A stretch of 63,974 nt of DNA, filler included, from an uncultured Myxococcia bacterium (GCA_964617105.1; 18 parts of 18 records of this genome joined end to end with filler, not necessarily neighbours in it); one strand, 5' to 3'; shown: positions 41,529 through 52,133, counted from the whole stretch's first letter. Translations and numbers: made by a program. Notes: generated by a model not told the origin, from the letters alone.

Positions 41529-42584
41529 ATGTTACACTTATACCATGGTAAAAGTCATCTGATTCTACTTTTGTGGGCCATTTTCCTATATTCCAGCAAT
41601 ATGTATGGCTGCCAAAATAAAAGTAGATGCAATAATAGTGCCGAGCAGGTCGTGTTAAGCAAAAAAAACAATTTTCCCGCCAAAATTATTAACCCAAACA
41701 CAAGGGGAAAAAATATGGTTGACAAACAAAAATTATCTGTCAGGGAGCCGGTTTATTCTGGTTCCTGGTATCCTGGGCAGGCTGATAAATTGCAGGAGGT
41801 TCTTTCTGCCTATTTTGCCAATGTTTCCAAAGGAGAAAAGGTGAATTTTACTCCCATTGCCCTGGTTTCGCCCCACGCTGGATTTGTTTATTCGGGGCAA
41901 ACAGCGGCTTATGGCTTTAAGGCTTTAGCGGAGAAAAAAACAGACCGTATTATTGTGATTGCGCCCAGCCATCGCACCCATTTTAATGGGGCGGCACTTC
42001 CGGAAGAGGATTTTTTTAGAACTCCCCTGGGTGATATTCCCGTGGACCTTGAGGCCAAAAAGATACTTTTGAAAAATTCTGCTTTTAAAGTATTTAACCC
42101 GGCTCACAGCCAGGAACATTCACTAGAGATTCAACTTCCATTTTTGCAGGCCCGGTTTAAAGATTTCAAATTGGTCCCTTTGGTGATTGGTGAGGTTAAG
42201 AAAGAGGGATATCAACAACTCGTCAAGGGGTTGAAAGAGATTGTGGGGCCTAATACTATTTTGGTGGCCAGTTCCGATTTTACCCACTATGGACCAAATT
42301 TTGGCTATCTTCCTTTTACCAAAGATATAAAGAACTCTCTGGAGAAACTGGATCTGGGCGCGGTGGAGTTTATTGAAAAATGTGACTTCGATGGGCTCTA
42401 TAACTATCACCAGAAAACCGGAATAACTGTATGCGGGATTAAACCCATTTTATTACTGCTTAAGTATTTCAACCAGGACTGTCAAGGTAAACTGATTAAA
42501 TACCAAACTTCTGGCGCCATTACCGGTGATTATGTCAATTCGGTTAGTTACTGCTCTATAGTTTTGGGTACCAAGGAAAAGTAG
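41529..42584 (+). CDS. amrB: AmmeMemoRadiSam system protein B (MEMO1 family)
   Basis: Motifs VREPVYSGSWYP, PHAGFVYSG, PSH, EHSLEIQLPFLQ, ASSDFTHYG, TVCG and SVSY. Alternative start MVDKQK at 41714. Confidence 0.92.
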   Translation: MLHLYHGKSHLILLLWAIFLYSSNMYGCQNKSRCNNSAEQVVLSKKNNFPAKIINPNTRGKNMVDKQKLSVREPVYSGSWYPGQADKLQEVLSAYFANVSKGEKVNFTPIALVSPHAGFVYSGQTAAYGFKALAEKKTDRIIVIAPSHRTHFNGAALPEEDFFRTPLGDIPVDLEAKKILLKNSAFKVFNPAHSQEHSLEIQLPFLQARFKDFKLVPLVIGEVKKEGYQQLVKGLKEIVGPNTILVASSDFTHYGPNFGYLPFTKDIKNSLEKLDLGAVEFIEKCDFDGLYNYHQKTGITVCGIKPILLLLKYFNQDCQGKLIKYQTSGAITGDYVNSVSYCSIVLGTKEK

Positions 42585-42630
42585 CATCTTCTGTCCGAAA
42601 ATACACTTCGTCGGGAGTTACGTAAAAACG

Positions 42631-43644
42631 ATGAACAGACGAGATTTTATTACCGGAGGGCTGGCCCTGCCTTTTTTTTCTTCCCTTAAATCCATAGCCG
42701 GCCCGGCAGCCGGAAAAGGGAGAGGAGCAAGCAAGTATCAATCCAAAGATATGGGGCGGGTGGTGATGTTTGCCGATTCTTCCCTGGCCAAACCAGACAG
42801 ACACGGCGAGATCAATCGGAAAAAACTGCAGGATGTCCTGGAAAAGATGGTTTTGTCCTATAGCGGGGCTGCTAATATAAAAGATGGGTGGCGTTCGTTT
42901 TTCTCTCCTGGCGAGAGGATCGGCATCAAAGTAAATTGCCTGGGTGGTAGGCCCATAGCCACCCATTATGAGTTGGTAGAAGCCTTGACCCAAAGTTTGC
43001 AGAACGCCGGTTTTCCGGCCAATACCCTGTTGATATGGGAGCGAACCGACCGGGAATTAAAGCGGGCTGGCTATAAGACCAACCGGAGAGGCAGTAATGT
43101 TCTCTGTTACGGCACTGATGCTTTGCCGGGTGGCGGTTATCTCTGGAAAGTGGAAAACAGCGGTCGGGTGGGCTCCTGTTTTAGTTCTATCCTGGCAGAC
43201 AAAATTGATAAACTTATAAATATCCCCCGGCTCAAAGATCACGATTTGGCTGGAATTTCTATGTCAATGAAAAACTGCTACGGCGTTATTCATAATCCCA
43301 ACAAATACCACTTCAACAATTGTAATCCCTATGTGGCCGACTTAATGAAGCATCCATACTTGCGTGAAAAAACAGCGCTAATAATTTGTGATGGGCTTTT
43401 TCCCCAGTTTCACGGCGGACCTGCCAATAATGACCGCTACAAGTGGCGGATGGGCAGCCTGCTGCTGGGGCGGGACCCGGTGGCAACCGATTCAATGGGG
43501 TGGCGGATAATAGAAAAAAAGAGAAATCAAAAAGGAAAACCCACCCTCAAAGAGGAGAAACGTTATCCCGCCTGGCTGGAAACCGCCGCCAGATATGGTT
43601 TGGGTAAATTCAAATCCAAAGAGATAGATGTCATCAGAATATAG
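42631..43644 (+). CDS. DUF362 domain protein with Tat-like signal
   Basis: N-terminal NRRDFI; motifs IGIKVN, INIPRLKDH, SMKNCYG and DPVATD. Confidence 0.85.
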   Translation: MNRRDFITGGLALPFFSSLKSIAGPAAGKGRGASKYQSKDMGRVVMFADSSLAKPDRHGEINRKKLQDVLEKMVLSYSGAANIKDGWRSFFSPGERIGIKVNCLGGRPIATHYELVEALTQSLQNAGFPANTLLIWERTDRELKRAGYKTNRRGSNVLCYGTDALPGGGYLWKVENSGRVGSCFSSILADKIDKLINIPRLKDHDLAGISMSMKNCYGVIHNPNKYHFNNCNPYVADLMKHPYLREKTALIICDGLFPQFHGGPANNDRYKWRMGSLLLGRDPVATDSMGWRIIEKKRNQKGKPTLKEEKRYPAWLETAARYGLGKFKSKEIDVIRI

Positions 43645-43650
43645 AGATTT

Positions 43651-44515
43651 ATGACTAATAAAAAAATAATAATATCCCGCCGGGAGTTTTGCCGCACCTG
43701 TTTTGTCGGAAGTGCAGGAATAGCCTGTCCATCCATGCTTTTGGCAGATGTAAGAAGAAATAAACAAAAAGTAGAGTCTAAAATCAAAACACCGCCACCT
43801 TTAGAGGCCAGGCCTGCTCGCTGGTATAAACAGCTGCCAGAGTTAAAAGTTAAGTGCACTCTCTGTCCCCAGATGTGTGTGGTGGCTGACCGGGAGAGGG
43901 GCTTTTGCGGGGTTAGAGAAAACTGGCATGGCAATTACTATACATTAGTACATTCACGTCCTTGCGCTCTCCACAGTGATCCGGTGGAGAAAAAGCCTCT
44001 ATTTCATTATTTACCGGGCACCGATTCCTTCTCCCTGGCCACCGCCGGCTGTAATATGGAATGCCGTTTTTGCCAGAACTGGCGTATTTCTCAATTTCGT
44101 CCCGAACAGGTAGAAAGCCAATATGTGCCACCAGAGATGGTGGTAAAAATGGCGCTTCATCACCGGGCCAGTTCTATCGCCTGCACATACACCGAGCCGG
44201 TGATTTTTGCGGAATATATGTACGATATTGCGGCAATCTCTAAAAAGAGAGGTATCGGCACGATTATGATTTCCAACGGCTACATAAGTAAAACTCCCAT
44301 GAAGCAGTTGTGCAAGGTATTGTCAGCAGTGAAGATCGACCTCAAGGCCTTTAGCGATTCCTTTTACGTTAAATACTGCAGTGGTAAATTGAAACCGGTG
44401 CTGGAAAGGCTGCAGGATATTGTGGCGGCTAAAAAATGGCTGGAGTTGGTGGTTTTGATTATCCCCACTCTCAATGACAGCCTGGAGGAGAACCGTCGGA
44501 TGTGCAAGTTTATCA
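43651..44515 (+). CDS. amrS: AmmeMemoRadiSam system radical SAM enzyme, N-terminal part (3' truncated)
   Basis: CTLCPQMC...GFCGVR, DPVEKKPLFH, GCNMECRFCQNW (CX3CX2C) and TYTEP. Confidence 0.92.
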
Positions 44516-44615
44516 NNNNNNNNNNNNNNNNNNNNNNNNNNNNNNNNNNNNNNNNNNNNTTAATTAATTAANNNNNNNNNNNNNNNNNNNNNNNNNNNNN
44601 NNNNNNNNNNNNNNN

Positions 44616-44716
44616 TTTTAATCGCCCATTCCGCTAAATACTCAGGTTGTCAAAAGGTGCTAACTTTTGATAAAAAAACAGCAAATTGCCAAATGTTTAC
44701 CCTGTTGGCCCAATAG
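44616..44716 (+). CDS. VapC/PIN toxin C-terminal fragment (5' truncated)
   Basis: Hand translation LIAHSAKYSGCQKVLTFDKKTANCQMFTLLAQ* matches the PIN C-terminal LIA..A...GC...TFD pattern. Confidence 0.6.
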
Positions 44717-44824
44717 TTAAAACCCTTATCAACTGATAACTAAAATCTAATATCTAGTTAACTTTTACCACAATTGTTGGCAGACACCATATTATTAATT
44801 ATTGTAACAATCAAAATCCTTTAA

Positions 44825-45685
44825 CTAAACATCCAGGTATTTTTCTGGTTCTTTTAGACATTTTCCCCAGAATTTTCCGTATTTGAACATTTTGAAGCCA
44901 TCGATGAGCCGGTGGTCTACTCCAATTGAAAAATGAACCATGGGCCTCACCTGAGGCTTATCATCTATGGCCATCACCTTTTTTTGCACCGGCCCCAGAA
45001 TAAAGACCGATGATAAACCAAAAGCCGGCAGAACACCGCCAATACTATTGATCGACACACCTTCTATGCTGCCAAAAACGCCCACGTTGGTTAGCATGGT
45101 TGAACCAAAAGGGCAGCGCTTAACGCCCAAAAAAGAGAGATCCAGGTTGTTGACCACAGTTTTGAACAAACGGGTACCCGGCTTACGCAGGAAATGGGGC
45201 GCGCCTTTAGCCATCAAAACCATTAAATCCTTCATATAGCCACCCTTTTTTTGGCGGCAGGATTCACTTTGCTGGCCACAATCAGAGGCTATCTGTTCCA
45301 GGCTTTTCTTTTCAAGATCATTTATCTTTATTATTCCCAGTTCCATATCTCTCTGACCTTTTGGGGAAAGATTGACCGGCAGGAACACATCTACGCTGCT
45401 TAGTTTATAGATCTTACCCCAGCTAATCTTACAGTTTAGTTCCGGATATTTGACAAAAGAGAGGCCGATCATTTTTAAAAAAAGGTGGGTCATGGTTAAA
45501 TTGATCCCTCTCTGTGACTTAAATTTATCAATAAATTCCAGAGTATTAGTAACATCAAGATCTGCTGAGGTACCAACAGTTGGATCTCCGCTGGGTTCGT
45601 TGTAGGCCGCCATCATAAATTTACGAAACATGGAGATCTTTATGGGATTGAAATATTTACTCATTATAAAATTACCTCCAATCAA
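44825..45685 (-). CDS. Stand-alone 2-oxoacid dehydrogenase acyltransferase (E2) catalytic-domain protein
   Basis: Motifs GSTMLTNVG and catalytic GVDHRLIDG; no lipoyl or E3-binding domain. Confidence 0.82.
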   Translation of the reverse strand: MIGGNFIMSKYFNPIKISMFRKFMMAAYNEPSGDPTVGTSADLDVTNTLEFIDKFKSQRGINLTMTHLFLKMIGLSFVKYPELNCKISWGKIYKLSSVDVFLPVNLSPKGQRDMELGIIKINDLEKKSLEQIASDCGQQSESCRQKKGGYMKDLMVLMAKGAPHFLRKPGTRLFKTVVNNLDLSFLGVKRCPFGSTMLTNVGVFGSIEGVSINSIGGVLPAFGLSSVFILGPVQKKVMAIDDKPQVRPMVHFSIGVDHRLIDGFKMFKYGKFWGKCLKEPEKYLDV

Positions 45686-45923
45686 GAATATAAATTTAAC
45701 TCAATGGAGTGATTATACTGACATCAAATAAATATTATGGCAATTATAAAATTGGACCGAGGCTTTCGATATGTATGAAAGCCTCTTTAACCGTACCTAT
45801 TGTAATTCTGTTAAAAATTTAGTAAGGTTTCTAAATATATAGTTATTACTCACTGTTGGACCAAATAATTTCCTCTATGGAGAATTTATTTTCCAACCAA
45901 AAGAGGAAGCGGGAAGAACCACG

Positions 45924-46631
45924 GTGTCCCAGATTTTTATCAATGGAATACTTCACTACACATACACATTGTTATACATGGTTTCTTTGCTGCTTTTCAC
46001 TCTACTGAGCAGTTGCGGAACCATAAACAGCGCCCGGCCTCTACACTCTGGAGCCCACCAGGCAGGGGTAAGCCTGGGCGGACCGATTATGGATCTCAAC
46101 GGTTTGCCTTTGATCCTGCCTAATCTTACCATTGAGGGACGCTCCGGCCTCAGACCTTTGGGCAACCACTCCTGGGATATCAATTATGGCCTTCATGTAG
46201 TACCTGCCATGTTGGGAATTGCCGGCCTACACCTGGGCTCATCCCTCCAACTGGTTGAGCAAAAAGGAGACAAACCGGCTCTCAGCCTGGCCACCCGATT
46301 ATATAATTTTACCAACTATGGCGACAGCCGCAAGGAACCAGGTCTACGCAAGTGGATGCTGCTAAATCAGGTTGATCTGATTATCAGCCAAGGTTTTGGA
46401 GACTATATACTCTTTGGGGGACTTAGCCAATATACTGATCTGCGAGATCCCAACTGGATATTAACTCCTTTTGCCGGCCTGGATTTCAATCCCGGAGGTG
46501 GATTATGGCATTATTCTCTGGAGATAAAATGGATGGCTGCCAACCGCCGCCAACATGATAATCTCAAGTGGGTGGGGATAAACAAACAGGGTGCTCTGGC
46601 GCCTATCTTGGGGCTGCAGTATGACCTATAA
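45924..46631 (+). CDS. Hypothetical lipoprotein / outer-membrane beta-rich protein
   Basis: Lipobox-like LLSSC and alternating beta-strand pattern ending GLQYDL; true start may be 45978. Confidence 0.6.
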   Translation: MSQIFINGILHYTYTLLYMVSLLLFTLLSSCGTINSARPLHSGAHQAGVSLGGPIMDLNGLPLILPNLTIEGRSGLRPLGNHSWDINYGLHVVPAMLGIAGLHLGSSLQLVEQKGDKPALSLATRLYNFTNYGDSRKEPGLRKWMLLNQVDLIISQGFGDYILFGGLSQYTDLRDPNWILTPFAGLDFNPGGGLWHYSLEIKWMAANRRQHDNLKWVGINKQGALAPILGLQYDL

Positions 46632-47700
46632 AAAGGATCTAGTATTACCTAAAACAACGCGGTTTGTTTGGTTTTTTAAACTCGGCATTGAATTTCCAAG
46701 AACTATTTTGGTTCTTACAGTGATGCTATCCCTTTTAATGATAGGGGGAATAATTTTCTGGGGATGTATTGCCAATCTGGATTCCATGGTGGATGCTTCT
46801 ATGCACAACCAGGTTCACTGTTCCGAAGTGAACCCAGATACCTGTGAAAACAAATCTCCTGCCTGGGATAAAATCTGCACACCCTGCGAAAAGTCCTATC
46901 CCTGGAGCGGCAAAATTGACTGGCTTATTAACATTGAAGCACCGGAAATTCCGGCTGCGGCCATCACCAGGTTCAGTCTGAATACCAGTGATGGCAAAGG
47001 GGTTTTAGATGCTTATTATATCCGTTCACATGGTAAGAACCGGAAAACCAGCCAAACCACAATTGTTTACAACCACGGTAATTTCGCTGGAATTGAACAT
47101 TACTTACCCCGGGTGCGCTATCTGTATCATGGTGGATATCATCTGGTGGTTTGGGATTATCGAGGTTATGGCAAAAGTCAGCCCAAAACTCCACCCACCG
47201 GCCCACAATTGTTTGCCGATACTCTCCTTTTGCGAGACCACCTGAGTCAATTGGAACTGGATCCCCATCGAATAGTATATTACGGTTTTTCTTTGGGAGG
47301 CCTGGTGGCAGCCTATATGACCAGGCACCAGGAACCCTGCGCCCTGATCCTGGAAAATCCTTTCACCTCCCTGGAAAAAATTGCCCGGCACAACTCATCT
47401 TTAGCTGTCCCCACCTCTTTTCTGGTGGATTCTCCTTATGACACTTATTACCTTCTGCAAAATGCCCATAATCCTACTATGATTCTTCATAGCCAGTTAG
47501 ATGATACCTTTCCCTTTGGCCAGGTAAATCAACTTTTTAAAAGTCTCAAAGGCCCCAAACAGTTTATTACCATCAAAAATGCTGTCCATGGAATTGACCC
47601 AAAGCAAGGATTGGTAGAAATTTTTGGTCTGGAACTGTATCTTGATTCTATCTTAAGTTTTTTGCAGCAAAAGGCACCTGAGTGTCTTAGTCTAAGGTAA
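46591..47700 (+). CDS. Alpha/beta hydrolase (membrane-anchored or exported)
   Basis: HGN, DYRGYGKS, nucleophile GFSLGG, HSQLDD and a catalytic His region (AVHG). True start likely 46621 or later. Confidence 0.85.
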   Translation: MLWRLSWGCSMTYKKDLVLPKTTRFVWFFKLGIEFPRTILVLTVMLSLLMIGGIIFWGCIANLDSMVDASMHNQVHCSEVNPDTCENKSPAWDKICTPCEKSYPWSGKIDWLINIEAPEIPAAAITRFSLNTSDGKGVLDAYYIRSHGKNRKTSQTTIVYNHGNFAGIEHYLPRVRYLYHGGYHLVVWDYRGYGKSQPKTPPTGPQLFADTLLLRDHLSQLELDPHRIVYYGFSLGGLVAAYMTRHQEPCALILENPFTSLEKIARHNSSLAVPTSFLVDSPYDTYYLLQNAHNPTMILHSQLDDTFPFGQVNQLFKSLKGPKQFITIKNAVHGIDPKQGLVEIFGLELYLDSILSFLQQKAPECLSLR

Positions 47701-47896
47701 AAATATTTGACAAACCTCCTTTTGTCTGTTAGATTACCTTTAGCTGAAGTAAAAATATTACTATTGTTGTAACTTCGTGTTTTTATAATACAAATTGATG
47801 TCAGCATTCCAGATTATTTGACTGACATTTTGTTTTCTCCGAATGGATGAAAACAAGATAGTTCCCGGACGGGAACAAGATAAATAGAGGTGAATA

Positions 47897-48074
47897 GTGG
47901 CCAAAGAGGTCTTAACATTTTTTATTACCAGTAACTCATCCTCCAAAATGTGGAAATTCAAAGCCTCAAAACGGCTGGCTTTTTTTCTGCTATCATTACT
48001 GCCCCTGTTTTTCATCGTTTTTTTAATGTTTTTTTATAGTAACTTTTACCTGGGTGACTTACGCCAGGATAACC
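47897..48074 (+). CDS. Membrane protein N-terminus, 3' truncated
   Basis: GAGG RBS, hydrophobic segment, open to the contig edge. Confidence 0.4.
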
Positions 48075-48174
48075 NNNNNNNNNNNNNNNNNNNNNNNNNN
48101 NNNNNNNNNNNNNNNNNNTTAATTAATTAANNNNNNNNNNNNNNNNNNNNNNNNNNNNNNNNNNNNNNNNNNNN

Positions 48175-49271
48175 GGCAAATCGATTTTTGGCATAAAACT
48201 GCTCAATATATCCATCAAACTATCACGCACATTTTCAACCTGAGAAGGGACAACTGACGGCGCATTGAGCAAGGTGCTTAAAACCTGATCAGGAATACCG
48301 GTTTCCACTGGACCACACACACAATCGCCGCTTTCATAGGAAAAATAGATCGGTGTGGGAAAACAGATAATTTCAAAACAGGAATATTGCCTTTTCCACT
48401 TTAATTTTTGGTCTCCTTTTCTATCAATTTTCCATTGCAGATCCACTTTTTGAGGCGGGGAAAATTCAATAATTCTTGTCGTTTTATCTTCATAGTAACA
48501 GCGCCCGCTTTCAATAAGTTGTTTGAATATTTCCAGACCATCGGGGCCGCTCAAAAAGTAATTATTGTCGTGATAATAATCTTTTTCAAAGGCTTTGATC
48601 ATATTGATCAGTTTGTTGTCCAAATCGGTAAAACCCTCGGGTTTATAGTCAGTTAGCCGATAACGATTGAGTTTTTTCGATGAGCCATATCCACCGTTTT
48701 TCAAAATATTTCTTTTATATGGCCAAACTACAATTCCATTTGTCTTGGCACGTTGCACCAGGTAAATGATTTCCGCTTTTTTGTTACTTTTCCTGTTTAC
48801 TTTAAGGGCAGATTCTGCCGCCCTGGTCACCTCTTGCAGCCAGTTAGCGGTCTTTTGTTCTTGTTTGGATAAAGGACGATTTACAGTTACCCGCTCTTCC
48901 TCCACGTTTTCTAACTGTTCGGCCAAGTCAACGACAGAACTGTTGACTCTGCGCTGTTTAATTCTCTCAATCTGCTTTGGGTGACTATCCAGGGTGCTGT
49001 AAAGAGTGGCGGCCACATGTTTGCAATTATAACCAACCGGGCAGGAGCACTCACCATTAACTGCTATTCTGCCGTCCAAATCCGATAATAATTCAATATG
49101 AACCTCGTAAGAATAGGGCATACTGCCGTCTACATTGGCGATAATAAACATTGACCCGTCATCATGGAAGAATTCAAGATTTGATACCCGGCCATCTAAA
49201 TAATAGCGGTACCCTCTGGAGAGATATTGGGACTGAAAATCTTTGACAAAATCGAAAATTGTTTGATTCAT
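48175..49271 (-). CDS. SWIM zinc-finger protein, probable SNF2-family helicase N-terminus, 3' truncated
   Basis: RGYRYY..GRV and SWIM motif GECSCPVGYNCKHVAATL. Confidence 0.8.
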
Positions 49272-49327
49272 ACTCTCTTCTTAAAGTCAGATATGACTTG
49301 AAAGATCAGATTGACTAACGTCCAGTC

Positions 49328-49774
49328 CTATTGGTTTTGAAAGGGATTTAAAAACGTCACCTTTTCGATAGTTGCTCCGCTGGGGCCATCTTCAGTAAGA
49401 ATTGTTTTGATATCGTTTGATTTAGCTGTTGCCCAAATCAGGGCGTCCCAATAAGATAAGGAGTGGTGCTGGATAATTGCCGCGGCATTTTTCACTTCAG
49501 TCTTGGTTACTGGCAGCACTGAAAAAGTATCCGCATAAGATTCCATTAGTGAAAATGCTGTTTTTTTAGCCTCCATTTCAGAAACACCTGAATTTTTGAT
49601 TCGGCGTAGCATAACTGTAAAAAATTCACTAAGAACCTGGGTGCTCACGACTCCTTGTTCTGCACTGTCGAGTTTTTTAACCCAATGGAGGGCTTGTGCT
49701 GATTTTTTCGAATTTTTCTCAAGGTGGATATAAACTAAGACATTAGTATCTATCAGGATTTGTTCTCTCTTCAT
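49328..49774 (-). CDS. PIN domain (VapC-like) toxin
   Basis: Motifs ILIDTNVLVY, STQVLSEF, SYWDALIWATA, ILTED and NPF. Confidence 0.9.
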   Translation of the reverse strand: MKREQILIDTNVLVYIHLEKNSKKSAQALHWVKKLDSAEQGVVSTQVLSEFFTVMLRRIKNSGVSEMEAKKTAFSLMESYADTFSVLPVTKTEVKNAAAIIQHHSLSYWDALIWATAKSNDIKTILTEDGPSGATIEKVTFLNPFQNQ

Positions 49775-49973
49775 AACATTCTTCTCGGTTCCATTTTAGC
49801 CCTGGCCATTTGCCAAATTTCTCCCATGGTTTGGGAGCATCGGCGTCAGCCTTTTTTTTCTCCTGAAAATCCACTTTACTGACAAGTTCCAGCGCCAGTT
49901 TCCGCTGAGTCTCAATATCCAATAAAAGAATCAAGTCTTTAATTTGGTTGATTATATCTGCTTTTTTTTGCAT
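49743..49973 (-). CDS. Putative antitoxin
   Basis: 76-aa ORF overlapping the PIN start; C-terminal KWNREECYEER is typical of PIN-associated antitoxins. Confidence 0.7.
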   Translation of the reverse strand: MQKKADIINQIKDLILLLDIETQRKLALELVSKVDFQEKKKADADAPKPWEKFGKWPGLKWNREECYEERTNPDRY

Positions 49974-50058
49974 ATTTCGCCTCCACTAACGATCATACCC
50001 CATTTGGACTGCTGAATCAAGTCAAAGAGTCAAAGGTTCAGTGATGCCAAGCCCAAAC

Positions 50059-50493
50059 TCAATGTCCAAAAAGTTTTTCCCAAATCTCTTTTTGCCTTGT
50101 CCACAGAGGTTCTTTGACGACCTCCCGCAATTTTTTTTCAGTAATTTTCTCCCGTCCTTCTACTACCTTTGGTAGAAACAGCAATTTTTCCTGAATGTCT
50201 GGCGCCAACAGTAAAAGCCCCATGATTTGCGTGACCCTGGCCCTGGAGATTTTGGCGACTTTTGCAAGAGTGGCGAAGTTGCCGATCTCACCCTTATCAA
50301 TCAATTTTTCCAAGTGAATAGCCAGGGCCATCAACCGTGAGACCCGTGGCACCCGCCTTGGTTCTACTGGAGTTGAAATCTGATTTTTCCTGGATATAAT
50401 CTTTTTGCGCCCTCTCTGCCCAGGCTCGAACTCTATTTTACATTTCGCAGAAAACCCGATGGTATCATCAGTCAACTTCAATTGTTCAAACAT
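50059..50493 (-). CDS. Recombinase-associated hypothetical protein (HTH-like)
   Basis: RVPRVSRLMALA...LAKVAKISRARVTQIMGLLLLAPDIQE; overlaps the recombinase stop. Confidence 0.7.
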   Translation of the reverse strand: MFEQLKLTDDTIGFSAKCKIEFEPGQRGRKKIISRKNQISTPVEPRRVPRVSRLMALAIHLEKLIDKGEIGNFATLAKVAKISRARVTQIMGLLLLAPDIQEKLLFLPKVVEGREKITEKKLREVVKEPLWTRQKEIWEKLFGH

Positions 50494-51608
50494 CTTTCAT
50501 TACCTCCAGATTAAAAGATTTATCGGCTAAAATTTTTATCCCTTCTGTGTTGAAAGTTATATCCATTTCTCCTGTTTCACCGTTATAATGGACCTTTTTA
50601 ACCAGGCGTTTCATTAGTTGCGCTTTTTTCGAGGCAGTGAGCATTTCCCAGATAGCCTGGAACTGCAAAAATGCCATTTTAAAATCTGTTTTGCCGATAA
50701 AATTTTCCTGGTAATTTTTCTGGACTCTCACATTTTCATCGATCCTGTCATTAAAGGATTTAATTTCTTCCTGTAATTCAACCAGGTGGAGAGTAGAATT
50801 TCCGTCACTCAAATCTGAGTTGCCCAGTAGTTTTTTCACTTTCAAGCCGCGCTTTTTTAGATTTTTTTCAAGTTGAGCCTGCTCTTTTACCAACTGAGCC
50901 CTGGCCTCCATCTGGCTCTTTAGCGACTGGTTATATACAGAAGTTAAGCGGTTATTATTCGCTGCAATCTGTTTTATAAATTTTAGGATGAAATTATCCG
51001 TTTCCTCAGCAGGCAGGGATTTTGCGGGACAGGAATCCCATCCCTCCTTTTGGGCTTTGTTACAGACATAATATCTATACCTCCTCTTTCCCTTGATGGC
51101 GTAACTGTGGCTCATGGCCATGTTGCAGTGGGAACAAAATAGGAGTTTTTGGAGTAAAACTACACTTTTTGTCGAAGAGATAGAGCCGCTGTTTTTACTA
51201 TTGAGTTTGAGTAGCACCTGTGCTTTATTAAAAATTTCAGCGCTCACAATCGTCTCGTGTTCTCCATCGTAAACCTGGTCTCGATATGGCATTTTTCCGG
51301 TAAAAATGGGATTGCCAAGAATGGATTTCAGGTTGTTGCGATTAAAATTTTTGCCCTGCCTGAAAGTTCCTTTTTTGGTCTTCCAGGATTTGGAGTGAAA
51401 ACCATTTTGATTCAGTTCCCGTGCTGTTTCAATGAGAGATTGTCGTTGAATATAGAGATTGAAAATTTTGTTTACCTGCTTTGCTTCCTTATGATTGACA
51501 AGGAGACGGCCGCCTTCAGGCGCCACATTGTATCCCAAAGGCGGAAAGCCGCCGGTCCACTTCCCTTTTTTTCTGGCAGCCGACATCTTGTCTGACGTTC
51601 TCTCTGAC
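50486..51608 (-). CDS. Large serine recombinase (recombinase + zinc ribbon + coiled coil), 5' truncated
   Basis: SERTSDKMSAARKKGKWTGGFPPLGY, ILGNPIFTG, GEHETIVS and zinc ribbon LFCSHC...RYYVC...C. Confidence 0.92.
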
Positions 51609-51708
51609 NNNNNNNNNNNNNNNNNNNNNNNNNNNNNNNNNNNNNNNNNNNNTTAATTAATTAANNNNNNNNNNNNNNNNNNNNNNNNNNNNNNNNNNNN
51701 NNNNNNNN

Positions 51709-52005
51709 GATCAGGTTCCCATCCACTTCACTCGTTTTCATCCTACTTATAAACTCAACAACTTGCCTCCCACCCCGGTTAACACTTTGGAGCGGATTTG
51801 GACGGTCGCCAGAGAGGAGGGGCTAAAGTATGTATACCTGGGTAATGTGACCGGACACAAGTATGAAAGTACCTTTTGTCCCTCCTGCTCAAAAATATTG
51901 ATTGGCAGAGTAGGTTTCCGGATATTGAAAAATACCATCAAACAGGGAAAATGTTCCAAATGCGGCACCGTTATTCCCGGCGTATGGTCTAAAAATGATA
52001 TATAG
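51709..52005 (+). CDS. amrS: AmmeMemoRadiSam radical SAM enzyme, C-terminal part (5' truncated)
   Basis: DQVPIHFTRFHPTYKL...PPTP...GLKYVYLGNV...TFCPSC...R.GF...GKCSKCG..IPGVW. Confidence 0.88.
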   Translation, partial: DQVPIHFTRFHPTYKLNNLPPTPVNTLERIWTVAREEGLKYVYLGNVTGHKYESTFCPSCSKILIGRVGFRILKNTIKQGKCSKCGTVIPGVWSKNDI

Positions 52006-52133
52006 CCACTGAAATTTTTGTATTTATGCCTACTTCAGGGTAAACTATGTCAACCCGGCATTAAAATGCCAGGAGTTCTTTTCGTTCTTAAAATGTTTAA
52101 GAAACGCTTTATTACAACTAGCGAGGAAAAAAA

